From NCBI GenBank assembly GCA_965112735.1, contig OZ218957.1, positions 1,922,001 to 1,986,000 of the forward strand: a stretch of 64,000 nt of DNA, read 5' to 3'. Every line of letters begins with the position of its first letter. Positions within the stretch are counted from its first letter, which is position 1. Shown here in pieces: positions 36,001 to 45,883 of this stretch. The notes below the pieces were generated by a model that ran no database searches, had not been told where the DNA came from, and was given only the letters and a program-made list of their open reading frames with translations. Made by a program: the position numbers and the translations under genes. This DNA comes from Phaeosaccion multiseriatum. Its lineage: Eukaryota; Protista; Ochrophyta, other classes.

Positions 36001-39000
36001 TCCATGTTGAGCGAGCTGCCAGAGGTTGTGCGCTCGCTTGGGGTATCGATCTTGATGTGCACTCCGTCACTACTGTCCTTGCTCCCACAGCCTCATGGTG
36101 GAGAAGTGGCTTTCCCGAGTCTTCGGTCGATCGCGCTTGGGGGAGAGGCCTTACGTCAAGAGCAGGTCGAGTACTGGAAACACCGAGTGCGACTGTGGAA
36201 CGGATTTGGACCCACCGAGACGACGATGGTAGTTACCTGCCACGAGTACACACCTTCTGCCGTGCCGAGCGCGTCCGTCATCGGCAAGCCCCAAGCCGGC
36301 GTGCAAGTGTATGTGGTGGACAAGCGTCTGCAGCTGGTGCCTCAGGGCGTGGAGGGCGAGCTGTGCATTGGGGGGAGACAGCTGGCGCGTGGGTACTTGA
36401 ATCGCCCAGAGCTCACGTCGAAGGCCTTCATCCCCGCGCCCTTCCTGACGGATCAGCGCAGAGTGTATCGTACGGTAAGTCGAAAAGGTTGCCCATGGGT
36501 GTGCGGCTTTGTGTAGTGTACATTTGGCTTGCTTTTGGCATGCCATGCCGTGAAAAGCAGAGACCGCAGGGGGAGGTAGTTCTCTCTGTTGCCCTGTGGC
36601 ACTGTTCTCCCCCCTCATCTGACGCGTCTCAAACTTAACACGTTCTGACAGGGTGACTTGGTGCGGCAGCTGGCAGACGGATCGCTGGTGTTTAGGGGTC
36701 GCCGAGACTCTCAAGTGAAGGTGCGCGGCCATCGCATTGAGCTGGGCGAGGTGGAGGCTGCGCTGCTCCATCAAGAGGGGGTGGTGAGCGCTGTGGCAGC
36801 CGTGGACAGAGAGCGCAAGACGGTTGTGGCGGCTTTGACACCTTCTAGTGCCGAAGTTGAGATGGTTCTGCAAGGAGTGAGCAAGCTGCTACCGGCATAC
36901 ATGGTGCCGAGCAAGGCTGTGGCCATGGATGCTCTACCGATGACGAGCAGCGGGAAGCGAGACGTGAAAGAGGTTCTCAGAGCCATTCGAGCGGCACATG
37001 ACCATGGCCCTGGCAGGCAGGGTAGCGTAGGCGCCAGCGATGACGCACCTATGGACGACACCACCCGTCAAGTGCTCGACATTATGCGAGAGGCCGTTGG
37101 GCGACCGGATCTGCGAGCCAGCGACGACTGGTTCGCCGAGGGAGGTACTTCGCTTAACGCTGCAAGTGTCACTGCGCGCATCCGCGCAGAGGTGCCAGGC
37201 CTCGAGGTGAGTAGGATGGAGGGCGGTCTTTCTGCTGTGGTCGGTACTTCCAAATGGTTTGCTAATATAGATGTTGACTGTCGGATATCCTTACTCGTTG
37301 CTGTACTCAGGCGCTCCAGGTGGCGGAGATGTTCCAGACACCCACCGCGAGGGGTGTGTCTCGCTTGTGTGCGAGCAGGGAGGACACGCTTCCTGGCATG
37401 ATGGTGATATCGCCTGTAGGCGACGATTGTGAGGCTCCAGCGTCGTACCAACAGGAGCACATGCTGCTGTCGGACCTGGCGCTGCGAGCGGGCGACCCAG
37501 ACGGGCGGGCGCGATACAATGTGCCCATGCTTCTACCCGTGCCCAGCTCCGAGTCGGAGAGAGAGCCCAGCGAGGTTGTGGACGGCTTGTCCCGTGCCCT
37601 CTCCGCCATGGTGCAGCGTCACGATGTTCTGCGATTGGCGCTAGGCTGGTCACCGGAGGGGACGCTGCAGCAGGTGCGGCTGCAGACCACAGCAGCGGAG
37701 GTTGTGGCGTCAGTGCTCCTGTCCGCCGAGGCGAACAGCATCGAAGAGGCCGAGAGCGTACTATTGGCAGAGGCGGGGCGTCTGTTTGACTTCGACGAGG
37801 AAAGGCCACTCTGGCGCAGCACCATCGTCACGCTTGCACCGGCCCAGGATGGTGAGAAGGAGCACCCGCTGGGGCAGCAAGCTGTGCTGTGTGTCTTCCA
37901 CCACTCCGTCATGGATGGGTGGTCGTCCAAGCTGTTCTCGCGCGAGCTGTTGGTCATGTGGGGGGCTGTCGTGTCTGGCCGAGAGGCGACGAAGGCGCTA
38001 GCGGCTCTGCCGTTTGGGTATGCAGACTACTCCCGGTGGCAGCGGTCGCGACTGGACGGGGACAACGGCCTGGCCCTGGAGCAGCTGTTGGAGTACTGGC
38101 AGGGGCAGCTAACGGGGGCGTCTTCACTGAACCTGCCCCTCGACCGACCGCTCGGTGCTTTCGGCCCGCACCTGACGGAGACTGTAGGTCAAGACGGGAG
38201 TGTGGGGGGGGGCGCCGGGAGCGTCGCTATTGTTCTGCCGGCTTCCCTGATAGTGAAGCTGAGCAACCTATGCTCGAGCAGCTCCGTCACGCTGTTTGTG
38301 GGGCTCATGGGCGCGTTCCAAGTGCTGCTGGCTCGTGTGTGCGGAGCGGAGGATGTGGTGGTGGGCACTGCTCACTTCGGAAGAGACGTGGCGCAAGGCT
38401 TGGAGGGCGTGCTGGGATGCTTCGTCAACACCCTCGCGTTCCGTCTGGGCCTGGGAGGAAGCCCCAGCTTTCGGGAGGTGCTGCTTCGCGTACAGGTCGT
38501 GTATCTGGGTGCCATGAAGCACGCCGAGGCACCGTTCCACAAGGTGGTGGAGCGGGCCCAGCTGGGCACACAGAGTGGTGGCAAGGCGCTGCAAGCCTTC
38601 TTTGTACTGCAGGAGGGAGATGCCAGCGCCGTGGAGGAGGAGGCCCTGCTGTCATCTGGAGCACGCCACAAGATCATGACGGAGGAGGCTGGAGAGCAGC
38701 AGGCCAACCACTTTAGCAAGACGGACATCGAGCTATGCCTTGTGCGCAGCACGGACAGTGCATCGGACATGCACGGCAGCCTGTGCTTCAATACGGCGGT
38801 GCTCGACCAGGCCACAGTGGAGACCCTGGGGCGGAGCTTTGTGGCGCTGCTGGAGAGTGCAGTGGGCAGGCCGGGCGAGAGCGTGTGGAAGCTGAGTCTC
38901 TTGGCACACGAGGACCGTGTGAAGGTGGTGGAGACGTTGAGCGGCGCTGCACTGGTGGCGGGGGATGCAAATGGAGATGAGGAGGGAGGTGCAGAGGAAG

Positions 39001-42000
39001 CATCACCACCACCGCCCCTCCTGCATGCGGCTTTCGAAGAGATGGCCTCTCGCAGTCCGGAGCAAGAAGCCCTGCACGAGTATGAGACAGGTCGAGTGAT
39101 GAGCTACGGGGAGCTGAATGGGCATGCGAATGCGGTGGCATGCATGCTGCAGGGGAGGGGCGTGGGGCCGGAGTGCCTGGTGGGGGTGCTGATTGCTGGG
39201 GACTGCGTGGAGGCGGTTGTGGCAGTGCTGGGCGTGCTCAAGGCCGGGGCGGCGTACGTGCCCCTGGATCCCGAGCATCCCGACGATAGGCTGTCGATGA
39301 TCGCACAAGACGCCGGGCTGAACGTCGTTCTGACAGCAGCATCTGGGGCGGACCATGAGGAACAAGGCCCACCCTCAGGCGGTAGGTCGGCTCGCACCGT
39401 CGGAGACGCGAGCTGTGTGGATGTAAGGACCATGATGCAGCTCGAGGGGGCTGCTACGACAGTCTCTGAGGTGGAGTGCAAGGCCGTCGACATCAATGTG
39501 GCGTATGTGATATACACGTCTGGCAGCACCGGGCGACCGAAGGGTGTGGTGGTCGAGCATAGAAACGCGGCCAGCTTCATGGCGACTCTCTACGAAACGA
39601 TGCTCGGCACTATAGACCCTTCGTCACGGGTTCTGCAGAGCAGCGCTTTGACTTTCGACATGTCGGTGACGTTGATCTTCGGGGCTCTGTCATGCGGGGC
39701 GACGCTGTGCCTGGTGCAAAGGCTCTCCATGTTGAGCGAGCTGCCAGAGGTTGTGCGCTCGCTTGGGGTATCGATCTTGATGTGCACTCCGTCACTACTG
39801 TCCTTGCTCCCACAGCCTCATGGTGGAGAAGTGGCTTTCCCGAGTCTTCGGTCCATCGCGCTTGGGGGAGAGGCCTTACGTCAAGAGCAGGTCGAGTACT
39901 GGAAACACCGAGTGCGACTGTGGAACGGATTTGGACCCACCGAGACGACGATGGTAGTTACCTGCCACGAGTACACACCTTCTGCCGTGCCGAGCGCGTC
40001 CGTCATCGGCAAGCCCCAAGCCGGCGTGCAAGTGTATGTGGTGGACAAGCGTCTGCAGCTGGTGCCTCAGGGCGTGGAGGGCGAGCTGTGCATTGGGGGG
40101 AGACAGCTGGCGCGTGGGTACTTGAATCACCCAGAGCTCACGTCGAAGGCCTTCATCCCCGCGCCCTTCTTGGCGGACCAGCGCAGAGTGTATCGTACGG
40201 TAAGTGGAAAAGGTTGCCCATGGGTGTGCGGCTTTGTGTAGTGTACATTTGGCTTGCTTTTGGCACCCCATGCAGTGAAAAGCAGAGAGCTCAGGGGGGG
40301 GGGGGTGGAGGTAGTTCTATCTGTTGCCTTGTGGCTCTGTTCTCATCTGACGCGTCTCAAACTTAACACCTTCTGACAGGGTGACTTGGTGCGGCAACTG
40401 GCAGACGGATCGCTGGTGTTTAGGGGTCGGCGAGACTCTCAAGTGAAGGTGCGCGGCCATCGCATTGAGCTGGGCGAGGTGGAGGCTGCGCTGCTCCATC
40501 AAGAGGGTGTGAGGAGTGCTGTGGCAGCCGTGGACAGAGAGCGTGAGACGGTTGTGGCGGCTCTGACACCTTCTAGTGCCGAAGTTGAGATGGTGCTGCA
40601 AGGAGTGAGTAAGCTGCTACCGGCATACATGGTGCCGAGCAAGGCTGTGGCCATGGATGCTCTACCGATGACGAGCAGCGGGAAGCGAGACGTGAAAGAG
40701 GTGCTGAGAATGATCAAGGTGGAAGCGAAGGGGAAGGAGTCCGGTGTACAATCGTCCGACGGCGACGAGGCGTTAGGCGACACTGCCCGCCAAGTGCTGG
40801 GCATCCTTAGGCAGGCCACGGAGCAGCCTCACTTGCAGGCCAGTGACGACCTGTTCGCAGAGGGAGGCACATCGTTGAGCGCGGCTCAGGCGGTTTCGCG
40901 TATCCGGGCAGAGGTGCCCGGCTTCGAGGTGAGTGACTTTGAGCACAAAGCATTTGTCATCTTGTGTCCCGCTCTTGTCGCTGACCCTGTTGTGTCTGTG
41001 TGACTCCTGCAGGCTCTGACAGTAATGCAAATCTTCCAGAACCGAACCGCTGTGGCACTTTCAGTGCTTGGTGCCGCGGAGGAGGGCCGAGGCAGAGGAG
41101 ACAGCGAAGCCCGACTGAAGGACGAGGAGCGCGATTTGTCAGTCGGTGGAGAAGGGGAAGCGATGAAAGCGCACCGGAGGCTCAGCACTGGCAAGCAAGT
41201 GGTGCTGCAGATTCTGAGTTGGCTACTTGTTGTTGCTGTGCTCAGCTGCGGGTTTTCTCCCAGCTTCGTTGGCGTGTACTTGCTACGTAGAGCAGGGCGC
41301 GGCAATACGACGATTCTTTCTTGGCTACCACTCCTCGTCGTCGTGTCAGTAAGCTGTGTCCTTGCCCTGATTGCAGTGGTGAAGTGGACTGTGCTTGGCC
41401 GCATGCGACCGGGGCGATGGTCCGTGAGGAGCTCGTACTACTGGCGGTGGTATGCTGTGCAGAATGTGCTGAAACTTGCCACACTGCTGATTTCTGTCCT
41501 CCGTGGTACCTTCGCCTTGCGGGTGTGGAACCGCCTGCTGGGGGCACGAATCAGTGGAAGCGCACGCTTAGAGAGCTGGTTGCTGCACGAGCATGACTTG
41601 ATCGAGATTGGAGAAGGGGCCGTGATCGAGTACGGAGCCATCATTCGCCCGTCTGTAATTACTCGGAATGGCATGCTCCATGTTCATCGCGTGAGGATCG
41701 GGAAGGGAGCAAAGGTGGGAATACTGTCCAACGTGTGTCCGTCTCCCTGGGAGGGGCGGCAGACACAGGAGGGGGAGGAGGGCCTGAATGAGGAGCCAAA
41801 GGACTTGGTCATCGGCGAGGGGATGGAGCTCGGTCCGTACGCGTCGCTCGGCCATTCGTCACTCTCTGGCCCGCTGGCAGAGGTCCAGCGCGAGCAGGGG
41901 CTGCGGCGGATAAGAAAAGAGCTTTGTGCCTTGGTCCTGCTTTCAGTGACCAACTTGGGGTCGTACCTGCTGCCCCTCTGGATACTCGTGCTTGCCGGTG

Positions 42001-43637
42001 GGGGCGATGACGACGGCGCGGGGGAGAGTGTCCCCATCTTCGCTCGTGCATTGGCATTCCCCGTGCTGCTGTTGACTGTAAGCCTGCTGTACATGGTGGC
42101 AGTGCTATCGCTACAGCGTGTGTTCTTGCTGCTCGGCCCCAGCGCCACGACACGGCTGTCACTCGGAGTTCTTCAGGAGAGTCCTCTCTTCAAGGTTGGC
42201 TCCCTTCTTGTGGCACAATGTGGGCTCAACCGTGCTTTTGCTTCCGCCATGGGCGCCAGGCTGGAGCGGGGGTGCGCACTTCTTACCCTTCCTATCACTA
42301 CGATATGGGAGAAGCTCAGGATGGAGGAAAACTCCCAGATCGCGGGCTCTGTGCACCTTTTTGCTGATGCGGGTGGTCGTGGAGAGGAGGATACGCAAAG
42401 CATCACAATCGGGCGCTTCAGCATTGTTGCGAACGAAGCTGTTCTCCTAGGCGGAGCTTGCATTGGGGACGGAAGCACGGTCGCAGATCGCACCGTTGTG
42501 AGTAGAGACGACGACGTGCCGCGCAACTCTTCTGTAGTGGGCGCCCCTCGGCCGTTTGTATTGCCGAACCCAGTGAGTGCTGCTGCTGAGAAGGATAGCG
42601 TCGATGCAGCAGCCAGTCTTCCTGTTCCGTCGAGGATGCACAATGCGCTGTGTGGGCTTGCGACTGTGGTGCTGTTCCTCGGCGTATGGTGTCCGGGGGT
42701 GCTGATCAGCGCGTCGGCATCTGACCTGCTTCTTCGCAACGGCCATGTGCATGGGGCTGCCGCCTTCTGTCCCTTCGTCCTTCCGGAAGTGGTGGCGAGG
42801 GATACTCTGAGCGAGAGCCATACTGGAGTGTTCTTTCTTGTGTTGGGGAGCTTCGTCTTTCAAGTTCTCATGGGCTTGGCGGGCGCTTGCTCAGCCATAA
42901 TTTTCCATCGCCTTCTCGCCACATCCTTGCATGCCAGAGAGGGGCAGCCTCCCATAGCGCTCGATTCGTCTTCGTTGGATTTATACCGCTTGGGCAGCAT
43001 GGGCCCCACCTTCATAGAAGCTCTCTGCATCAATTACTTCGCGGGCGGGCCGGTGTACGCGGCGTGGCTGCGGCTGCTGGGGGCACGTGTTGGCAAGGAC
43101 ACATCTTTATGGCTCAGGCCTACTGATGCGCATCTTCTCGTCATTGGAGACGAAGCGGTGATGTTGCAAGACTCCACAGTCTTCGCGCACACCATCGAAG
43201 GCACGGGAGGGTTCGTCTTCAAGACTGTGCAAGTCGGGGAGAACGCGTGGCTCGGAGCAAGGGCTCACTTGCAGCCTGGATGCCGCGTTGAAGCAGGAGC
43301 TAACGTTGGTGACTTGAGCATGGCCATGAGAGGTGAAAGTGTCACCAATTCAAAGCGTGGAGACGTGGTGTGGGTGGGCATACCGCTGAGAAAGCACATC
43401 TTGTCCTCCCGAGCGCGCGCTGCGCCGCGTCACGGAACGGAGCTGGACAGCGGCGGAGCCCCGGCAGAAGAGCGAACCCTTCGCAACAAGGGCAGTGGAG
43501 AGTCGAGGAGACATGTGGTTCGAGAGAGAAGTAGCCCTCGCCGAGGAGTAGCGGCTTTCCGGTGGCAGAGTGGCAGTGGCGTCGATGAGCATCAGCCTGA
43601 CGAGACAAAGACTGACGATGGATTCGAGGTAGTTTGA
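1..43637 (+). CDS. Giant hybrid cis-AT type I PKS / NRPS megasynthase (5'-partial), 17 exons, ~13,780 aa within window; one apparent 1-nt frameshift at ~12601
   Basis: The long + ORFs join through GT-AG introns at 905-1066, 5334-5456, 5532-5701, 8636-8764, 9131-9239, 9792-9947, 10522-10669, 13712-13860, 19963-20120, 26220-26376, 32738-32914, 33482-33585, 36475-36651, 37207-37310, 40200-40379 and 40929-41012. Splicing restores motifs such as SPDG/W|RCKTFD (KS), HGK|VLGGG (ECH), GRLE|VGTES (HMGS) and YRT|GDL (A7). Stop TGA at 43635-43637. The ORF begins inside an ACP, so the gene starts upstream of the window. Confidence 0.9.
3..205 (+). other. ACP domain (end of an upstream PKS module)
   Basis: [19 protein letters not shown], GxDS phosphopantetheine motif. 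Confidence 0.9.
270..5295 (+). other. PKS module A, part 1: KS1-AT1-DH1-ER1
   Basis: KS motifs DTACSSS/HGTGT/NIGHLE (intron 905-1066); AT motifs GQGSQ, GHSLG, HAFHS (malonyl-type); [18 protein letters not shown]; [12 protein letters not shown] and [10 protein letters not shown]. Confidence 0.92.
5457..6350 (+). other. Degenerate ketoreductase (KR0) of module A
   Basis: KR scaffold present ([25 protein letters not shown]). The NADPH motif reads GGASRMG, and the catalytic GQANYAAAN reads KQADDVGAH (Tyr->Asp at 6149-6151, Asn->His). Includes mini-exon 5457-5531. Confidence 0.8.
6630..7520 (+). repeat. Three tandem ACP domains (339-nt tandem triplication)
   Basis: [10 protein letters not shown](A/T)[12 protein letters not shown] occurs three times; DS codons at 6722, 7061 and 7400 give an exact 339-nt period. 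Confidence 0.93.
7670..9330 (+). other. Two tandem enoyl-CoA hydratase/crotonase domains (ECH1 dehydratase-like, ECH2 decarboxylase-like)
   Basis: ECH1: [32 protein letters not shown]2: [30 protein letters not shown]|[18 protein letters not shown] (no catalytic Glu). Introns 8636-8764 and 9131-9239. Confidence 0.85.
9565..11095 (+). other. Embedded HMG-CoA synthase domain (eukaryotic/mevalonate type)
   Basis: [24 protein letters not shown]|VGTES (catalytic Glu), [17 protein letters not shown] (catalytic Cys), [12 protein letters not shown] (catalytic His), YSYGSG. Introns 9792-9947 and 10522-10669. Confidence 0.92.
11230..13010 (+). other. Atypical KS2 (Cys-His-Asn) followed directly by an ACP, no AT: probable non-elongating module
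   Basis: DMACSSS (Cys 11782), EAHGLGS instead of HGTGT, NMGNLEG instead of NIGHLEG (Asn 12373). [16 protein letters not shown] at ~12790-13010. The frame discontinuity lies between KS2 and the ACP. Confidence 0.8.
13090..19270 (+). other. PKS module B: KS3-AT2-DH2-ER2-KR2-ACP (fully reducing)
   Basis: DTGCSSS/HGTGT/NVGHLE; GHSLG/HAFHS; [11 protein letters not shown] with HPAVLD; IHAASGGVG; GGLGALG, AGVLDD (B-type), GQANYAAAN; GLDSL. Confidence 0.93.
19345..25525 (+). other. PKS module C: KS4-AT3-DH3-ER3-KR3-ACP (fully reducing; duplicate of module B)
   Basis: Same motif set as module B, offset ~6.25 kb (KS introns at 13712, 19963, 26220). Confidence 0.93.
25605..29970 (+). other. PKS module D: KS5-AT4-KR4-ACP (beta-hydroxy-forming)
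   Basis: DTACSSS/HGTGT/NIGHLE; GHSLG/HAFHS; no DH or ER; KR GGLGGLG and NQSAYAGAN, lacks LDD; ACP GLDSM. Confidence 0.9.
30040..33640 (+). other. NRPS module 1: C-A-T
   Basis: C HHCIFDG; A motifs [43 protein letters not shown]|[30 protein letters not shown]; T FAEGGTSL. Confidence 0.93.
33700..37365 (+). other. NRPS module 2: C-A-T
   Basis: C HHSIMDG; A and T nearly identical to module 1, offset 3737 nt. Confidence 0.93.
37425..41065 (+). other. NRPS module 3: C-A-T
   Basis: C HHSVMDG; A nearly identical to modules 1-2 (offset 3725 nt); T more diverged ([11 protein letters not shown]). Confidence 0.93.
41190..43390 (+). other. Terminal membrane domain: three units of TM helix pair plus left-handed beta-helix (Pls / NRPS_term_dom-like)
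   Basis: Pairs of hydrophobic segments followed by [44 protein letters not shown]; AMGARL...[27 protein letters not shown]; [12 protein letters not shown]...[10 protein letters not shown]...SMAMRGESV...WVGIP. This is the pattern of the C-terminal region of epsilon-poly-L-lysine synthetase-like NRPSs (recognised by eye). Confidence 0.8.
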
Positions 43638-43745
43638 TCCCTCTAGAATTGTAGCGACAAAGAAGAAGAATAATATATTATTTGTAAAAGGAAATTGAAC
43701 TACGAGTTGTAAAAGGAAATTGAAAATTTAAAGAAGACAAAAATG
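43638..43745 (+). promoter_or_regulatory. AT-rich putative 3' UTR / polyadenylation region of the megasynthase with an 18-nt direct repeat
   Basis: Abrupt AT-rich stretch after the stop codon; TTGTAAAAGGAAATTGAA at 43682-43699 and 43707-43724. Confidence 0.4.
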
Positions 43746-43987
43746 GGGAAAGGGCTCAGGCCGTCAGGTGCCATCCACCGATGGAGGAAGAGGAAGTTAA
43801 CTTAGCTCAATAAGCGATGGTACAAAGTACAATGAATAGGGGACAATGGGTGTTTATGGTGGCCTCGTTCATCCCCCGGAGCATGGACAATGGCAGGTCA
43901 TGTGTGCCACCGATCGGAGAAGGCGTAACATACAAACTCCCACCCAACTCGCACGCACGCACGCCACACACGCACGCACACAACTCC

Positions 43988-44887
43988 TCAGTGCGAGAGT
44001 AGCTCTTCTTTCCATGACATATCCCCCTGCATGAAGCGAGACACATGTTTGCTGGAGAGCGGCCTGAGGTTTGTGGTATCTCCCACGGCCCTGTCCGCCG
44101 CCCTCCGTTGTCCTCCTCTTCTTCTTCTTCCTCCTCCTCCTCCTCCTCCTCCTCCTCCTCCTCCTCCTCCTCCTTCCCCTCCTCCTCCTCCTCCAGCATG
44201 TACCTTATGCCCTGGAGTGAAGGGCGTGCTCTGCTGCATTCGAGCGCACATCTGATGGGGAAAAGCACTTGGGTGGAGAGGAAGGCGAATGTTCAGCGCA
44301 TCACCTCGGCCCGCTCCAATTAAGAAGAGTGCTTTCTGTCGCTTCTTCTCTGTCCGAGGTCCTGCCGCTACCCTCTCCTTTCTTCCACCACTCGCATCAG
44401 CAGGACAGCCGCAGGACAGCGGGCCTCCGCCCCTCATCGTTGATCAAGATTGCAAAGTTGTGCTGGCATCGAACTTGAGCATCAGAGGCACTCGATGTGC
44501 TGGACCCCCCCTCCCCCCCCCCGGTGCTATCACACGCGCTGTCTCACTGTCATGCCAGACGCCACGTTCGGCAGCTAGTGCGACTTCTCTCACACAAGGG
44601 AGAGGGTGCATGGGGAATAGCTCACATGCTCCTTCCTTCCGCCCATCCTCTTGCCTGTCTCGTGTCGTCAAGTAGGGCGGCGACGAGCTGGCTCTGCCCA
44701 GCTCAGCTTAGCACGCCAACGATGCCCCTTCCCTCATCTTTGTTGAGGACTGTGCTATGTGCGGCTGCGGCTGTCTTGTCTCGGCCTCGGCTGTGCGTCT
44801 TTCTCTCTCTCTCCCTCTCCGGCGTTTGAAGTTCTGTTGCCCATTCGAGGCAAACAAGAGGAGGCTTGACCTTCTCCCCTCCTGCCT

Positions 44888-44923
<36 letters not shown>

Positions 44924-45743
44924 CTCTCTCTCTCTCTCTCTCTCTCTGTCTGTCCGTCTGTCTCTGTCTGTCTGTCTCTTTCGTTAATGCCTCTGAAGGA
45001 TTCACCCCAAGTCTTCCGAAGCCTGCACACAAGCTCCGTTGGAACGCGGGGAGAGGCAGGTCCGGTTTGGCTCTTCCTTTATTTGGCGCTCCCTTCCACG
45101 CCGCTATAGCTACGACGGCGCCTTGCGAACCCTTAATCCTGCTGCAGCCTTCAGTCTCCTTCTCCGCGAAGGGACAAAAGGAGCCCTAGGCTTAGGAATC
45201 TCTCCTAGGGCAGTGGCATAGCTGCGTCCCTTGGCTTGGACACGGCTAGCGATGGACTCTGGCTTTCTGAGCTCCCCCAACTCTCGCGCAATCTCTACGC
45301 TGGTCTGTCACGGCACGACACGGGGAGAGTCAAGTCGATGAGAAAGGGAGAAGGAGAAGGTGGAGGAGGAGGAGCACGGTAGCGGTATTAACTCCCTTAT
45401 CCACAAGACTTGTACGAACCTTCTGCAATTCCCGCCCTTGTGAATTTGTCTCTTCCTCCCGTGTCACGTACAGCTTCCACGACCGCCACGCCAGTGCCAT
45501 CATCAGAACAGAGCCCAGGGATCCAAGCACACTCTTCAATAGCCCGCGACTGACAAACCCCAGCGTCAGGAGGAGAAGCATTTGCCACGGCGTGAGGGAG
45601 CCTTGTGGTTGTGCTTCTGCAGCTGGCAAGGAATCAGGTTTTTCCCCGCTGTGCCGCTGCTTCGCCTGGCCAAGCGCAGGAAGGGGGAAAGGAGGGTCCA
45701 GGAATCGGCTGCCTCCTGGACGAAACCCGTCTTGCATCGACAT
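43988..45743 (-). CDS. Possible spliced hypothetical (membrane) protein; exon structure unresolved
   Basis: ORF 45330-45743 has two hydrophobic segments and a plausible donor (AAG|GTTCGT) near 45419; further exon-like patches lie between microsatellites. No recognisable family. Confidence 0.25.
44890..44980. repeat. (CT)n/(CTGT)n microsatellite
   Basis: Direct reading. Confidence 0.9.
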
Positions 45744-45883
45744 CGAGAGAGAAGGGAGGAAAAAAGGATGGGGGGGACTCCAACGGTTGGGCCATCTGTG
45801 ATCTTCATGGGTTGGTTCTCCGGCTTACCCTGGTGAAGCTTCACACGCGCTTCACGCCTACGTTGTAGCCTTTCTCTCTCAAG

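Noticed and set aside
161-43608. Numerous 60-290 aa antisense and alternate-frame ORFs, some repeated several times
   Set aside because: These are shadow ORFs of GC-rich coding sequence. They recur only because the AT and A domains are duplicated.
3-43637. Reading the long + ORFs as a bacterial-style operon of separate PKS/NRPS genes
   Set aside because: ORF breaks fall inside domains at canonical GT-AG introns whose removal restores conserved motifs. The only exception is the 12601 discontinuity, reported separately.
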